This document shows, one piece after another, positions 63,239-64,000 of a DNA stretch of 64,000 bases. Under the pieces are notes generated by a model. That model searched no databases. It was not told the DNA's origin and worked only from the letters and a program-made list of their open reading frames with translations. Positions within the stretch are counted from its first letter, which is position 1. Each line of letters opens with the position of its first letter. The position numbers and the translations under genes are program-made. This DNA comes from Candidatus Undinarchaeota archaeon (lineage in GTDB: Archaea > Undinarchaeota > Undinarchaeia > Undinarchaeales > UBA543), in assembly GCA_964567575.1 (NCBI GenBank), contig CAZMMZ010000003.1:10113-74112 (forward strand), read 5' to 3'.

Positions 63239-63763
63239 ATGAGTTTTTTCAAACGAACTATGGAAACAGAAACTACTAGGGCAATCCAAGACCTACTTTA
63301 TGGAGAAATAAAAAACAAAATAAATGGAAAACGCATTTTAGATATTGGTTGTGAGGAAGGCAGGCTTGCTAGAATGCTTGTCAAACACGGTGCAGAAGTT
63401 TGTGGTATGGATATAAATCTGGAACACATCACAAAAGCAATAGCACTTACTCCAGGTGTAAAGTGTCAATTTCAAACAGGAGACATTAGAAAAGTAATAC
63501 CATTCGAAGGGGAATTTGATATAATACTTGCAACAGGAGTTTTTGAAATTCCTATAATAGATGACATTAAAGAGATCAAAAAATCATTGGCGAATATAAG
63601 TAGAAAACTAAAACGAAATGGTGAGTTTTATACAGGATTTTCAGGAGATTCTGGAGTAATTGATGAAGATACTGCAAATGAATTTGAAATGAAATATGAT
63701 GGATACATTATAGAAAAAGCAAAAAGAGATAAAGTTCTTGTAGAACGTTTTACAAAAAATTAG
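63239..63763 (+). CDS. Class I SAM-dependent methyltransferase
   Basis: ILDIGCEEG, GMDIN, GDI, FDIIL. Confidence 0.85.
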   Translation: MSFFKRTMETETTRAIQDLLYGEIKNKINGKRILDIGCEEGRLARMLVKHGAEVCGMDINLEHITKAIALTPGVKCQFQTGDIRKVIPFEGEFDIILATGVFEIPIIDDIKEIKKSLANISRKLKRNGEFYTGFSGDSGVIDEDTANEFEMKYDGYIIEKAKRDKVLVERFTKN

Positions 63764-63861
63764 AAAAATGTTTATGGATAAAGCTCACACTATCTCTAAC
63801 TAATTTTTAAAATTAAAAAGTGGTTCCGCAATATAAAACTTGCAAACTTCAGTGGGTTATA

Positions 63862-64000
63862 TATGACGTATTAGTACTCGCGGACTGAACATGTCGCCGA
63901 AGCTCCATGCGTACATCCCGAGCCTATCAACCCCCTAGTTTATGAGGAGTCTATGTTGTCTCTTTTCGAGAGAAGTTTCGAGCTTAGATGCATTCAGCTC
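63862..64000 (-). rRNA. rrl: 3' end of 23S rRNA (partial; continues beyond the window)
   Basis: Minus strand reads GCTGAATGCATCTAAGCTCGAA...GTTGATAGGCTCGGGATGTA...GTTCAGTCCGCGAGTACTAATA. The exact 3' end is approximate. Confidence 0.93.

Overview
This is an A+T-rich (roughly 35% GC by eye) archaeal chromosome segment. Its gene inventory and protein style suggest a small-genome, DPANN-type archaeon; that placement is inference. Core content: (1) an isoprenoid/ether-lipid cluster with an AcnX-type phosphomevalonate dehydratase C-terminus, two tandem mevalonate-kinase paralogs, IPK, type-2 IDI and a DGGGP synthase, plus UppS and geranylgeranyl reductase at 43-45 kb; (2) ribosomal/RNAP clusters (S13-S4-S11-RpoD; L18e-L13-S9-RpoN; aIF5B-S6e-aIF2gamma...RpoE'-Spt4-S24e-S27ae); (3) TFB/Gar1, Trm1, thermosome, RFC, MtaB and a membrane PPase; (4) a 9-kb type IV pilus locus with seven class III signal-peptide proteins; (5) tRNA-Leu(GAG), an RNase P RNA absent from the ORF track, and the 3' end of the 23S rRNA. 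Accessory content includes a MsrPQ-like pair, an XRE-TPR-TPR-3'-phosphoesterase operon, a lone VirB4-like ATPase, an MBOAT/SGNH acylation pair near an Asp/Glu racemase, and several gene fragments. The most notable signals are: two paralogous XRE regulators, each preceded by its own three-unit 21-bp palindromic operator array; a second mevalonate kinase with a substituted catalytic Asp; an RNase P RNA whose P4 helix appears to lack the conserved bulged U; short-unit repeat hairpins in the thermosome 5' UTR and inside a pilin signal peptide; a junction where two 5'-less genes diverge; and apparent over-representation of GCGCGC. No CRISPR array, integrase or transposase was found. All family assignments come from motif recognition, not database searches.
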